From NCBI GenBank assembly GCA_964016885.1, contig OZ024743.1:112902001-112966000 (forward strand): a stretch of DNA of 64,000 nucleotides. Direction: 5' to 3'. The notes under the pieces were generated by a model. That model was not told the DNA's origin, did no database searches, and worked only from the letters and a program-made list of their open reading frames with translations. The position numbers and the translations under genes were made by a program. Positions within the stretch are counted from its first letter, which is position 1, and every line of letters starts with the position of its first letter. Positions 28,401-42,869 of this stretch are shown piece after piece. The DNA comes from Eledone cirrhosa. Taxonomy: Eukaryota.

Positions 28401-29536
28401 TATCCCTAACGCAATTCTTATACTGATTTTAATATGAGACACTGTGATAAGGCAGGATCTTTCAAATTCCAAGTAGAATGCAATGTGAAAGAGATAGGGA
28501 ATGATGAAGAATCGGCCCCGGTACAAGTGCTTTATATATCGACTACGAAAGTCTGAACAGCAAAGTTAATATATATGGATTTGAACATGGAACTCCAACA
28601 AGAAACGAATTTTATCCGGTGATCTAACGATGTTGCTAACGCGTTAGTAGTGCAGTGTTGTTTTAAATGTAACACAAAAATAGGATTGTCATGGCTGGAA
28701 GTATTTAACTTTAGCTCTGCTCCAGTAAAGTGAACTTGTGTCTAAAGAAACGGACGAGTGTGTACATTCTTTGGTGATTAAGAAATGTCTTTCACAACTA
28801 CTTGCTTTCGAGTTCACTCTCGCTGTATGTCGTTTTCTAGCATACCGTCGGCTTTACAAATATCTTTCCAGTGGAATCTGGTAGACGGAAACTACGAGGA
28901 ATCCCGTCATGTGAGTGTATGTATATTTTCGGTAATGCATACAGGCGAATGGTGTAAATACTAGGGAGAACGTTAATAAATCGTTGCTTTTGAACAAAAT
29001 ACTTTATAGTAGTATTTATTCAGCTCGAGTTCTTCAGATGATTCCTTGTCACTTTTTTCGCCGTAAATACAAGAAACCAATGTTTTGCTTGTTAGAAAGC
29101 TGTAACGACGCTATTGTTCATAAAACGTGATATAAAATAATAATTAACATTATATTTTGCCTTTTATGTAGAAAGAAATGTTTGTCCACACCTACGCCCG
29201 TCTCAGTTTAACTTTCTGTTTTAGCCTATAGTGTAGTTAAACGAAAAAATATTTTAAGAATTTTGGAAATTATGAAAAAGTGTACGTATCTATTTTTGAA
29301 ATAATATCAATTTTTCACAATTATGAATCTTGTGCTGTCGAATTTTATATATTTGTTATATATACATACATATATATATAGTAGCTCAGAAGATAAAAAA
29401 TGTTCATCTTTTATGTGTTGATATTACTTATCATTCTCAACGTCATCACCTTTACTGTCATCATTATCATCACCACCTTTGCAACATTATCACCGTTATC
29501 ATCTTTGTATTATCATCTTCACAATCATTATCACCT

Positions 29537-29718
29537 TTGGCAGTATCGGTACAGAGTCGGACGCCATGTTTTGACATATAGAGTTACGGCCCTTGCCATT
29601 CTGAGTTCAAATCCCGCCGAGGTTAACTTTGCCTTTCACCCTTACGGGGTCGATAAAATAAAGTACCAGTAATACACTGGTTATTTGCTGGCCTTGTGCC
29701 AAAAGTAGAAACAATTAT
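29537..29718 (+). mobile_element. SINE (813-1005 family, short-tail subtype)
   Basis: B box GAGTTCAAATCCC, core domain, tail GGCCTTGTGCCAAAAGTAGAAACAATTAT. Confidence 0.85.
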
Positions 29719-29947
29719 CACCTTTATATCATAACAATCAACAGCATCATCGACAGCATCATCGATTATCATCATCAATAACTCTATCACAATCATCATC
29801 AGCAACGCACTCTCGCCATTATCTTCACTTTCGCCATTGCCATCATCACCATCACAATGATTACCAACATTATTGACACCTTCAACATCTAATTTTTATA
29901 TATTTGCTTCCTCTTTCTCCTCTCTCTCGCTCGCTCTCTCTCTCTCT

Positions 29948-29978
<31 letters not shown>

Positions 29979-30186
29979 CACCTTCTCCCCTGCATGCTAC
30001 ACTCTTCTTCCACCTACATCTGTTTCTACTCGTTATCTCTCTTCCACTCCACATATACCAATTTTCAATTGCTATAATATTACACTTATATTTCAATAAA
30101 CTCTCAGAAATTCCGCAATAAAATAACAAATGCAGTCGCCGGTGGAACAGAGCACCAGGTACAGTTATTCTGTCATACAAATGTTA

Positions 30187-30298
<112 letters not shown>

Positions 30299-30481
30299 AT
30301 GGAACTCCAAGGTGAAGAATTTTAAGACATTTTATTTATCTTACAAATGTTTCAAAATAAATAAGCGGAAAAGTAGAAATGTTGAAAACGCTCGCTCAAG
30401 CTCCATATATTGAGATGTGTCCATGCGTTACAATCTGAGCCTTGATTTAAGGAACTTGATATTAAACATTTTCACTCAATC

Positions 30482-30625
<144 letters not shown>

Positions 30626-30731
30626 GTTAAGACACTTTTCATATTATATCAAGCTTAAAACTAATAATATATTTCTTCATCGAGGTGTATCATTTGTTTT
30701 GTTATTTCCGTCTGCCTTTTTGCACACACAC

Positions 30732-30786
<55 letters not shown>

Positions 30787-30819
30787 AACAGGCAGATAGA
30801 AATAGCAAAGCAAACGTTT

Positions 30820-30875
<56 letters not shown>

Positions 30876-30880
<5 letters not shown>

Positions 30881-31250
30881 GAAATATATAGCTTTCACCG
30901 TATTTTTGACTAAAGGAATTTTAGCTTGATAACGGGGTTTAGAACCCTCAGATAAATGGAAAAAGATGAGTATTGACGTACATGGGAGTCGAACCCACAT
31001 CTGTGGTTATCGCGACCACTGTGCTACCATTACACCAAGTGTTGGTGTAATGGTAGCAGAGTTGTCGCGATAACCACAGATGTGGGTTCGACTCCCATGT
31101 ACGTCAATACTCATCTTTTTCCATTTATCTGAGGGTTCTAAACCCCGTTATCAAGCTAAAATTCCTTTAGTCAAAAATACGGTGAAAGCTATATATTTCC
31201 TAATTTCAAACTCGCTAACTGTTTCAAAACATACTTACTTGATATATATA
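30876..31250. mobile_element. Fold-back element with tRNA-like head (family G)
   Basis: Arms of about 163 bp at 30876-31038 and 31042-31204. TGGTGTAATGGT A box, GTGGT/ACCAC anticodon-like stem, GGGTTCGACTCCC T arm, then TTTTT. Confidence 0.8.
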
Positions 31251-31464
31251 TATATTTCATGATCGAAATTCCCTGTCGATATGTTCACATCTTGAGAAGT
31301 AAGAAATGCGGATCCCTATATTCCCAGCTGAAGCTCCAAGTAATGAGCGTTTGATTCACATAATGCCTAACTCGCACATAAAATTTACAGCATATTTGAT
31401 GGCTCTTTTCTCGAGTTTGAATAGAGCAAATGTTGTTAAGCCTTCTCTAAAGAAGCAGCCGATT

Positions 31465-31870
31465 CCATATTCTCTGAAGGCCAATGATATCACCTAAGTA
31501 GCTTTACACCACACGCTTGATTGAGAAGTTGGAAAGCTTAATTAAGCGGATGCGCTGGAAAGCCTACCGAGTCGAGAACGAAACCACCGGAACACCTGCA
31601 TACGAATGCGGATGTAACTCGCGGAAGTGTTCTCTCCCAGATGAAAAACGAAGAATTTTTAATCCAGCCTCATTAGTATGATGGAAAATTGTAAAGTTCT
31701 CGATATTGTACCAACCCTTTCCTAAAATCTTTCAACAATTTACATATCTTATATGCAATCTTCTAATGTGCGCAGCTTTGCCGGCAAAACAGAATATATT
31801 TTAAATAGTCATTGCTACTTACACAAGGCTCGTAAGAATAACTTTACAAAAACTAAGGACAAGCACAACA
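31465..31870 (+). pseudogene. Penelope-like element ORF N-terminal remnant
   Basis: YSLK... then LYTTRLIEKLESLIKRMRWKAY...NSRKC..., later FAGKT (ADKT-like). These motifs match the N-terminal region preceding the RT in Nematis/Neptune-like PLEs; frameshifted. Confidence 0.7.
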
Positions 31871-32037
31871 TTACAACATAAAATATCATAAATACTTAAG
31901 GGAAAGAACTAGCGGCACTGTTACAAACCGTTCAGATTACCCCGTCCTTACTATGCATTAAAGGACTAAAAGCTTAATTTTCTCTCCAAATGTATATATA
32001 CAGAAAATAATCATATGCATATACATATATACACACA

Positions 32038-33320
<1,283 letters not shown>

Positions 33321-33409
33321 GTGTATATGCACATACACACACATATATATATATATACACACTCGTACACACACACATATATACACTCGTACACACACAC
33401 ACACATGTG

Positions 33410-33790
33410 TCAAAGGTTTTTCATAAACATCCTATATACAACACGTAAATATATATGTATAACGCTATGAAGGAGCACCAATACTAATTTAAGTCGGGCA
33501 GACTCCCGCTCCCTATGCAAATGAGTTTCCTCAGTTCATATACATAGTCGAGAAATCTATAAGATTTTAGCTTATTTTTGTCTCAGCGGAAACTAGGTGG
33601 GTATGCAACTTTAACATCGACCAACAAGTGAGATATAACGTTGGTGTTTACTGAAACTAAGGATGTGTGACGGTGGTCACAAACTTAAAAAATTCGTAGT
33701 GGAAGGCTATCAAATGTTTTTCATAAACATCCTATATACAACACGTACATATATATATATAAAGCTATACTGGAGCACCAATAGTAATTA
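33410..33790 (+). mobile_element. Distant relative of family A (about 300-bp unit plus partial repeat), no hammerhead
   Basis: Direct repeat TTTTTCATAAACATCCTATATACAACACGTA at about 33417 and 33717. Shares TCTATAAGA, TCTCAG.RGAAA, TGTTT.CTGA and GAGCACCAATA.TAAT with family A. Confidence 0.6.
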
Positions 33791-34450
33791 TATATACATA
33801 TATATAATTATATATACGTATATATATATATATATGTTCGTGTGTGTGTATATATATATATGTGTGTTCTTGTGTGTGTATATATATATGTGTGTGAATG
33901 TATATATATAATGCGTGTGTGTATAACATAGATAGATATACACACTCCCAGACACGTATGTGTGTGTGTCTTTATTTCTTTTCTGGGTTTGTCTTTCGTA
34001 TTTTCTATTTGTATTTTTACCTCATATTCCACACCAATGCTTCTACTTACTTTTTCTATCACGTACTGTCTGCCCAGTTTAGCTGCTCTTTTTTATTATT
34101 TATAATCTTATAACTCTTTCTATAATGTTTCTTGTCTTTTTTGCTGTTTGTCTAATTGCTTAGGTGGTTTACTGCTATTTTGTTTATTTTGTTTTGTTTT
34201 TTTTTCTTGCAGGTATTTTTAACTTTTATTTTTTTATTTTATTTTTTTTTTGGCTTTATCATTTCAGGAGTTTAACCTCATTTGATTTATGTTGTGTTCT
34301 GTTGTTTAACATCTTAGCAGCCAAAACCTCCCTAGCTACACATTTCTGTCTTTTTTTCTTGTTATGAATTATTTACACACAAAAGTAATCTGATCGATGA
34401 TGTGAGAATTGGAGAGGAAGAAATAGAGAAAGGGGGGAAAGAGAGAGAGT

Positions 34451-34591
34451 AGACTTACTACGCAGGTCAGTAATATTTGACAGAGAATATACTGGCAAGT
34501 GAAGAGTGAGAGAGTAAACTTACTGTCCAGGTCAGTAATGTTGATAGACAGAGACTAGCGAATGAAAGAGGGGAAATAGAGAGAGAGAGAG

Positions 34592-34645
<54 letters not shown>

Positions 34646-34702
34646 CTTACTGTCCAGGTCAGTAATGTTGATAGACAGAGACTGGTGAATGAGAGAGAGG
34701 AA

Positions 34703-34764
<62 letters not shown>

Positions 34765-34805
34765 CTTACTGTCCAGGTCAGTAATGTTGATAGACAGAGA
34801 CTGGT

Positions 34806-34880
<75 letters not shown>

Positions 34881-34922
34881 CTTACTGTCTAGGTCAGTAA
34901 TGTTGATAGACAGTCTGGCTAG
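34451..34922. repeat. Five copies of a ~45-bp unit interleaved with (GA)n
   Basis: ACTTACTGTCCAGGTCAGTAATGTTGATAGACAG repeated at about 34453 (diverged), 34518, 34645, 34764 and 34880. Confidence 0.9.
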
Positions 34923-35179
34923 AGAGAGATCGTGTGTGTGTGATGGTACAAAGGGGCAGTAGGTTTTTAAAATGCTTGTTGCTATTCAGAAACCTGAATA
35001 AACCTGAAATTTCAAAGGCAACCTCATAAAATACCTATGAAAGCTAAGTTGTTTTTATTTTCCAAATATAGTAGATACAGTTATAAGACAATTGAAATGA
35101 AAAACAAATATATTCAATATACACAATCTCACAATGTCATGAAAAACCATTGACATTATATAAGAATAATTAAGCAACA

Positions 35180-35398
35180 CATAATGGTTTCTGATTTAGA
35201 CACAATTACAACAGTTTTAGGGGAGGGGAAAGTCGATTAAATCGACCCCAGTGCATTACTGGTGCTTTATTTTATCGACCCCGTAAGGATGAATGTCAAA
35301 GCTAACCTCGGCGGGATTTGAACTCAGAACGGGCCGTAACTCTATGCTACAAAACATGTTGTCCGACGCTCTACCGATACTACCAATCCATCGCTCTT
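35180..35398 (-). mobile_element. SINE (813-1005 family)
   Basis: Core TTTATCGACCCCGTAAGGATGAA and B box GGGATTTGAACTC on the plus strand. Confidence 0.85.
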
Positions 35399-35546
35399 AA
35401 GCAGTGCATAATAAAAACAAAATGCACAATTAAAGGGAACAAAAAAATGAAAGGAAAGTAGGAAATGAAAAGAAAAAAGATCAAGCAACGAAAGAAAGGG
35501 AGACGAAGAGCGACAGACACTACACCACAGTCTGAGCGAAGACTCA

Positions 35547-35860
35547 ACCACGCTCCGTGAACAAAGCAGCAAAAGTCTTACCGCGGACAATGGCCAGAGA
35601 CACTCACTGCAACAGCCACCTCATAGGCTCCCACCTCAAGCGGGCCGCCGACTTTCCAGTTTCACGGAGGAAGTCCGCAGTGCGGAGACCAAGAACGCCA
35701 GAGGTCTCAACGGAGAACGGTGCAAGGAGGAAATGATCGGTCAGTCCCTGGTATTTAACTATCTTCCTCTCCTGCACATTGCTGGCAGTTGGGCCCGGGT
35801 TTGTGGCCGAAGCGACAAGGCTTGGGGTGGAGAACGAGTCGCTGCATGTGGCCTCACAAT
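35547..35860 (-). mobile_element. CRE-like RLE endonuclease fragment (diverged subfamily)
   Basis: EATCSDSFSTPSLVASATNPGPTASNVQERKIVKYQGLTDHFLLAPFSVETSGVLG...WLLQ*VSLAIVRG. Confidence 0.75.
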
Positions 35861-36183
35861 GGAATGAACTTCCGTCAATTTCGACGAAGAGTTTTACAGC
35901 TGATCGATCAACGGAACAGCCAGATCGTTAAACTAAAGAAGTGACTGGACATTCCAAAAATGCCTGTACCCATAACTTAACCTTCAGGAAGATTCTCGTA
36001 AGACGGGGACTTTGAGCGTCTTTTATTTTAATATGCATCGCTATATCTGTTTATTGCGTCGTATTGTTTACAACACATACACACATACACACACTCACAC
36101 GTATGTATATGTATGTGTGTATGTATATGTATGTGTGTATGTATCATATATATGTATATAAATATATACGTAGATGGAAAAAA

Positions 36184-37530
36184 TATAGTTGCGTAGCTAT
36201 AGATGCCTAGCTATAGTTGCCTAGCTAGAGTTGCCTAGCTATACTTACCTAGCTATAGTTGCCTAGCTATAGATGCCTAGCTAAAGTTGCCTAGCTATAG
36301 TTACCTAGCTATAGTTGCCTAGCTATAGCTGCCTAGTTATAGTTACATAGTTATAGTTGCCTAGCTGTAGATGCCGAGCTATAGTTGCCTAGCTCTAGTT
36401 ACCTAGCTATAGTTGCCTAGCTATAGTTGCCTAGCTATAGATGCTTAGCTGTAGTTGCCTAGCTATAGTTGCCTAGCTATTGTTGCCTACCTATAGTTGC
36501 CTACCTATAGTTGCCTAGCTGTAGTTGCCTAGCTGTAGTTGCCTAGCTGTAGTTTCCTAGCTATAGTTATCTAGCTATAGTTGCCTACCTATAGTTGCCT
36601 AGCTATAGTTGCCTAGCTGTAGTTGCCTAGCTATAGTTGCATAGCTGTAGTTGCCTAGCTATAGTTGTCTAGCTATAGTTGCCTAGCTATAGTTGCCTAG
36701 CTATAGATGCCTAGCTATAGATGCCTAGCTATAGATGCCTAGTTATTGATACTTACCTATAGTTGCCTAGCTGTAGATGCCGAGCTATAGTTGCCTAGCT
36801 CTAGTTACCTAGCTATAGTTGCCTAGCTATAGTTGCCTAGATATAGTTGCCTAGCTATAGATGCTTAGCTGTAGTTGCCTAGCTATAGTTGCCTAGCTAT
36901 AGTTGCCTAGCTGTAGTTGCTTAGCTGTAGTTGCCTAGCTATAGTTGCCTAGCTATAGTTGCCTAGCTGTAGTTGCCTAACTATAGTTACCTAGCTGTAG
37001 TTGCCTAGCTGTAGTTGCCTAGCTATAGTTGCCTAGCTATAGTTGCCTAGCTATAGTTACCTCGCTATAGTTGCCTATCTATAGTTGCCTAGCTATAGTT
37101 GCCTAGCTATAGATGCTTAGCTGTAATTGCCTAGCTATAGTTGCCTAGCTATAGTTGCCTAGCTATAGTTGCCTAGCTATAGATGCCTAGCTATAGTTGC
37201 CTAGCTATAGATGCCTAGCTATTGATACCTACCTATAGTTGCCTAGCTGTAGATGCCGAGCTATAGTTGCCTAGCTCTAGTTACCTAGCTATAGTTGCCT
37301 AGCTATAGTTGCCTAGCTATAGATGCTTAGCTGTAGTTGCCTAGCTATAGTTGCCTAGCTATTGTTGCCTACCTATAGTTGCCTAGCTGTAGTTGCTTAG
37401 CTGTAGTTGCCTAACTATAGTTACCTAGCTGTAGTTGCCTAACTATAGTTACCTAGCTGTAGTTGCCTAGCTATAGATACCTAGCTATTGATACCTAGCT
37501 ATAGTTGCCTAGCTGTAGTTGCCTAGCTAT
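36184..37530. repeat. 14-bp minisatellite (TAGCTATAGTTGCC)n, about 95 units
   Basis: Directly visible. The variant ATGCCGAG recurs at 36371, 36777 and 37253. Confidence 0.95.
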
Positions 37531-37578
37531 AAACAGATAGATGTAGATATTAAGAGATAGATAGGTAGATGCCCGCTA

Positions 37579-37745
37579 TAATAATTGTTTCTACTTTTGG
37601 CACAAGGCCAGCAATTACACCAGTACATTACTGGTACTTTATTTTATCGACCCCGTAAGGATGAAAGGCAAAGTTAACCTCAGCAGGATTTGAACTCAGA
37701 CCGTAAAGGAGCGTAATTCTATGCTAAAAGCATGGCGTCCGACCC
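37579..37745 (-). mobile_element. SINE (813-1005 family)
   Basis: Core and B box present; 5' end truncated. Confidence 0.8.
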
Positions 37746-38764
37746 ACACGACTAGATAATAGTCTCCGATTAATAACAATGAGTAAATAGCCACCATATT
37801 AACCAGGAGTAGATATTAGTACCACCCTGATATGTGACGTCAGTGGAAAGGTACTTTGAATACAAATAAAATATTGTTTGCAATGTCTCATCTTTATTTT
37901 TCTCTTTTTGATCACAAATTTGTTTATTTTATTTTATTTTCATATATTTTATTTTTCATTTTTTTATTTTTTTTTGTTTTTATTTATTTTTTTTTTTTTT
38001 CATATTTATTTTATTTTTTTATTTTTTGTATGTTTTCTTTAGGTTTTTTTAGTTTTCGTTTTATTTTTTGTTTAATTTTTATTTTTTTATTTTTGGTTTA
38101 TTTAATTTTTTTGTTTGTGGTTTGTTTTTGATTTTTGTTTTTGGCTTATTTTTTTTGTTTTATATTTTTGTTTTTGTTTTTATTTTTTGTTGGTTTATTT
38201 TTGTTTTATTTTTATGTATTCTTTATGTATTGTTTTTTTGTTTGTTTGTTTGTTTGTTTTTTGCTGTATTTTATTTTATGGCCAAGCATGTCATAACAGT
38301 GATTCGTGTCAAATATAACAGTATAGCTATGAGCCTTGCTGTCATTGAGAAAAAGTCATAACGATTCGTAATCAGTTAGAACAATGGGCAGCTGTTTCTG
38401 TCGACATTTTTATTTTGCAGAACTTTCGTGATAAATATTGTTCTGCGACGTGAGCAGAAGATGGGAAGCAAAGCTGTTTACTGTTACAAGTTTATAGAAT
38501 AGAGAGTAGAGGTGTTTGGTGGGGTGATGTGTTTGGTGCTGTGGTGTGATAGGGTGTGGAGCGTCGAGCAGTTAAGTTGCTGTGGTGTGGTGGGATGTGG
38601 AGTGACGGGTGGCGTGTTGGTGTGGTGTGTACTATCCTATGGGTTGGGTTGAGACGGAGGAGGAACTAATATTTCTGCCAAAGTAAATGCATAGCGCTGA
38701 TTAGATGTGAATGCTTCTGTCCATATTGAAATTTATAGAGTTATGGATTGATACAACCTATCCA

Positions 38765-38985
38765 TCTCTCCCTCTCTCCCTTTCCCTTCCTCTCTCGCTC
38801 TCTCTCCCTCTCTCGCACTCTCTCCCTCTACCTTCCTTTGTCGCTCTCTCTCTCTCCCTCTCCTCTACCTTCCTCTGTCGCTCTCTCTCTCCCTCTACCT
38901 TCCTCTGTCGCTCACTCTCTCTCACTGCCCCTCTACCTTCCTCTGTCACTCTCGCTCTCTCTATATATATATATACCTTCCTCTG

Positions 38986-39030
<45 letters not shown>

Positions 39031-39166
39031 ACCTTCCTCTGTCGCTCTCTCTCTCTCTCTCTCACTCCCCCTCTACCTTCCTCTGTCACTCTCGCTCTCT
39101 CTCTATATATATACCTTCCTCTGTCACTCTCTCTCTCTCTCACTCTCCCTCTACCTTCCTCTGTCA

Positions 39167-39199
<33 letters not shown>

Positions 39200-39310
39200 C
39201 CCCTACCTTCCTCTGTCTCTATCTCTCTCCCTCTATCTTTCTCTCTCTCTCTCTCCCTCTATCTTCCTCTCTTTCTCTCTCCCTCTATCTTCCTCTCTGT
39301 CTACCTTCTC
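38765..39310. repeat. Compound CT-rich repeat with unit CTCTACCTTCCTCTGTC(G/A)CT
   Basis: About 10 copies interleaved with (CT)n. Confidence 0.85.
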
Positions 39311-39411
39311 GCCTGCTGTCCTCATTTTCTCTCGCGTGCACTCAATGCCATTTAGTGCATTGTAGAAAGAAAAACAAAGCAACATCTGGTGAAGACCACT
39401 TGCCACATTAC

Positions 39412-39526
39412 CAGTAAACATGTATACAGTTGAATCCCTGATACAGCAACTTTCGTTAGAAACAACAGCCATATCATCCTCAGGTTAACGTTTTGGGTAC
39501 CATCTTCACCGAAACCAGCTCTGGTT
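39412..39526 (-). other. Candidate host-gene exon (115 nt)
   Basis: Acceptor TTTTCTTTCATAG, donor CTG|GTAATG, one open frame (...NLRMIWLLFLTKVAVSGIQLYTCLL) in non-repetitive sequence. No recognisable homology. Confidence 0.2.
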
Positions 39527-39879
39527 CTATGAAAGAAAAGCATCCATTTGAAAAAGTATTCTAGTATATCAAAATCTCCCAACATAAAAGCCATATCTTA
39601 AGATACCATCTTAGTAATTAAATAATTCATTTTAGTAAACCTTTGGTAATTCTTCATTAATCATTTGGAATAGTGTGTTTTATTAGAAATATTGTCACGA
39701 AAGCGTTAATACCCTACCGAACAATAGCATAATTACAAATATTCAATGTCCGAGAGAACAGGATGATCTTGACTGGAAGGCATTCTTTGATCATAGGCTG
39801 GCCATATCAGTGGTTAATCAACGGCAACAAACACATTTTACTCTTTCTCCCATGAAGAAAATTCGAATAAAAATGATTT

Positions 39880-40733
39880 TGTAGAGGGTTAGACATGCTT
39901 TCCAGCATAGTTACGTCCCTTTACGATCTGAGTTCAAATCCAGCCGAGGTTAACTTTGCCTTTCATCCTTACGAGGTCGACAAAATAAAGTACCAGTAAT
40001 GTACTGGGTAATTGCTGGCCTTGTGCCAAAAGTAGAAACAATTATTATAACAAAATTTGTTTGCCTACGAAGCATTGGAAAATTTGAAAACATCGTTGCC
40101 ACTATGCAGATAATAAAAGTTAATAAAAGTTAATAATGGCTTCTTATATAGGCACAAGGCCAGCAATTTGGGGGGAGGGGAAAGTCGATTAAATCGACCC
40201 CAGTGCGTGACTGGTACTTTATTTTATCGACCCCGTAAGGATGAAAGGCAAAGTTAACCTGGGCGGGATTTGAACTCAGATCGTAAAGGGCCGTAACTCT
40301 ATGCTGCAAATGGCGTCCGAACACTCTACCGATACTGCCAATCCACCGCTCTTAATAACCTAAAATAATGGTTGAATAAGACGGGTAATGAATCCCTGGC
40401 GTCCTCAAAAAGTGGACAGAGATGCCTGCGAGGAATCGAACCACACATCTTTAATGTTTTATATATATTTATCGCTGGTATCTTTCATTTAAATAATTGT
40501 TATGTATTTTTAAAACAAATATTTTTTAATGAAAAGGAAAACATGCCTCTGTGAAAAAACGTAAACGAGCTCCCTCAAAATAATTGAATTAATCCGTAGA
40601 ATGGAATAAGAGAGAGAAGCAAAAGAAAGATCGGCAGAATGAGGTCAGCTGGAGGAAGCGTGGCTTGTTTTTAATGAAACAATATCCTGGATAGAAAAAC
40701 ACAAATACGCATGCGCAGTATAATGTTTATATG

Positions 40734-40775
<42 letters not shown>

Positions 40776-41246
40776 GAGTGTGCGCGTATGAGTGTATGTA
40801 TATATACGTATGTGACTATATATATAATGGTTTCTTATATAGGCACAAGGCCAGCAATTTTGGGGAAGGGGAAAGTCGATTAAATCGACCCCAGTGCGTG
40901 ACTGGTACTTTATTTTATCGACCCCGTAAGGATGAAAGACAAAGTTAACCTCGACGGGATTTGAACTCAGATCATAATGGGCCGTAACTCAATGCTTCAA
41001 AGCATGGCATCCGACCCTCTACCGATACTGCCAATCCATTGCCCTGACTAATATAATTGTTTCTACTTTAGGCACAAGGCCAGCAATTACCCAGTGCATT
41101 ACTGGTACTTTATTTTATCGACCCCGTAAGGATGAAAGGCAAAGTCAACCTCGGCGGGATTTGAACTCAGATCGTAAAGGGACATAACTATGCTGGAAAG
41201 CATGGCGTCCGACCCTCTACCGATACTGCCAATCCACTGCCCTGAC
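39880..41246. mobile_element. Cluster of four SINE copies (39880-40048 +, 40131-40355 -, 40826-41048 -, 41054-41246 -)
   Basis: Each copy has a B box and the GCCTTTCATCC/GGATGAAAGGC core. Confidence 0.85.
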
Positions 41247-41507
41247 TATATATAATGTGTGTGAGAGAAATGTTCATAGTGGAAAAAAAACGGTATGGTG
41301 ACTAATCAAGAGAGTAGTCAATATCTGGTTAACTGCAGAGTAGATGAAGTAATGCTGTTTCAAGTCTTTTGGTGGGTATGAGTCAGAAACTTCATTTTGC
41401 GCTGAAGATCGGGAAGGAGAAACTCGGAGCACAGTCTTCTTCTTCTTCTTCTTCTTCTTCTTCTTCTTCTTCTTCTTCTTTCTTTCTTTCTTTCCTTCTT
41501 CTTCTTC

Positions 41508-41556
<49 letters not shown>

Positions 41557-42178
41557 CCTTTCTTCTTCTTTCTCCTTCTTTCGTCTTTCTTCTTTCTTCT
41601 TTCTTCTTTCTTCTTTCTTCTTTCTTCTCTCTTCATATTTCTTCTTCTTTCTTCTTCTTTCTTCTTCTTTCTTCTTCTTTCTTCTTCTTTCTTCTTCTTT
41701 CTTCTTCTTTCTTCTTCTTTCTTCTTCTTTCTTCTTCTTTCTTCTTCTTTCTTCTTCTTTCCTCTTTCTTTTCTCTTCTTCCTATTTCTTCTCTTTCATT
41801 TCTTCTTCTTTTATTTATTCATCCTATTTATTCTTCCTTTCATTTTTTTGTCTTTTTTTTTTCTCTCTCTCTCCTTTTTTTCCTTCTTATGTCGTTCCCA
41901 TTCGAGATGTGATTGATTAGTGAACATAGAAATTCGGAAATTGCCAGTGAATTCCACATCCGCTAACTGAGCTGTGTGTGGTGGGGTAGATGGGTAACGT
42001 AGTGTGATATCATGTTCGCATCAGTATACAGGTACACACAGATGCTAAATGATCGGAGTTTTCACCAGCTCAGAATAGAATTGTTCTTTCAGCGTTCATT
42101 TCATTCATCACTTGATTCTTATATGTATACATATATACGCACCACCACTCCACCGCAACATATGTATATATGTATATA

Positions 42179-42297
<119 letters not shown>

Positions 42298-42419
42298 AAA
42301 GGCGTATACGAACGCGCAGATATTCGCATGTTTACACATATATATATATAAACACGTGTGTGTATGTATATATATATACATATTCATACATATATATACA
42401 TATATATACATATATATAC

Positions 42420-42474
<55 letters not shown>

Positions 42475-42822
42475 CACATACATATATATATATATATATA
42501 TACATATACATACATATATATACATATATATATTTCATGTATACATTATATATATATATACATACATATACATATATATACATATATATACATATATATA
42601 CATATATATACATATGTATACGCATATATATATATATACATATGTACACACATATATATACACATATATACATATATATACATATACATATATATTTATA
42701 CATGTATATACATATACACACACACACACATCTATACATATATATAGATGTGTGTGTGTGTGTAAATGAACACACACATATACACACACATACACAAACA
42801 CACACACACACACACACACACA

Positions 42823-42869
<47 letters not shown>

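Noticed and set aside
30920-30965. TTGATAA followed by a hairpin, as a possible second U3-A8 hammerhead
   Set aside because: Followed by AGATAAA rather than GAAA; no stem III or stem I.
31042-31106. Functional tRNA gene
   Set aside because: The 5' acceptor strand is missing, the anticodon loop is atypical, and it lies inside a fold-back repeat.
34451-34922. CRISPR-like array
   Set aside because: The spacers are (GA)n microsatellite, the context is eukaryotic and there are no cas genes.
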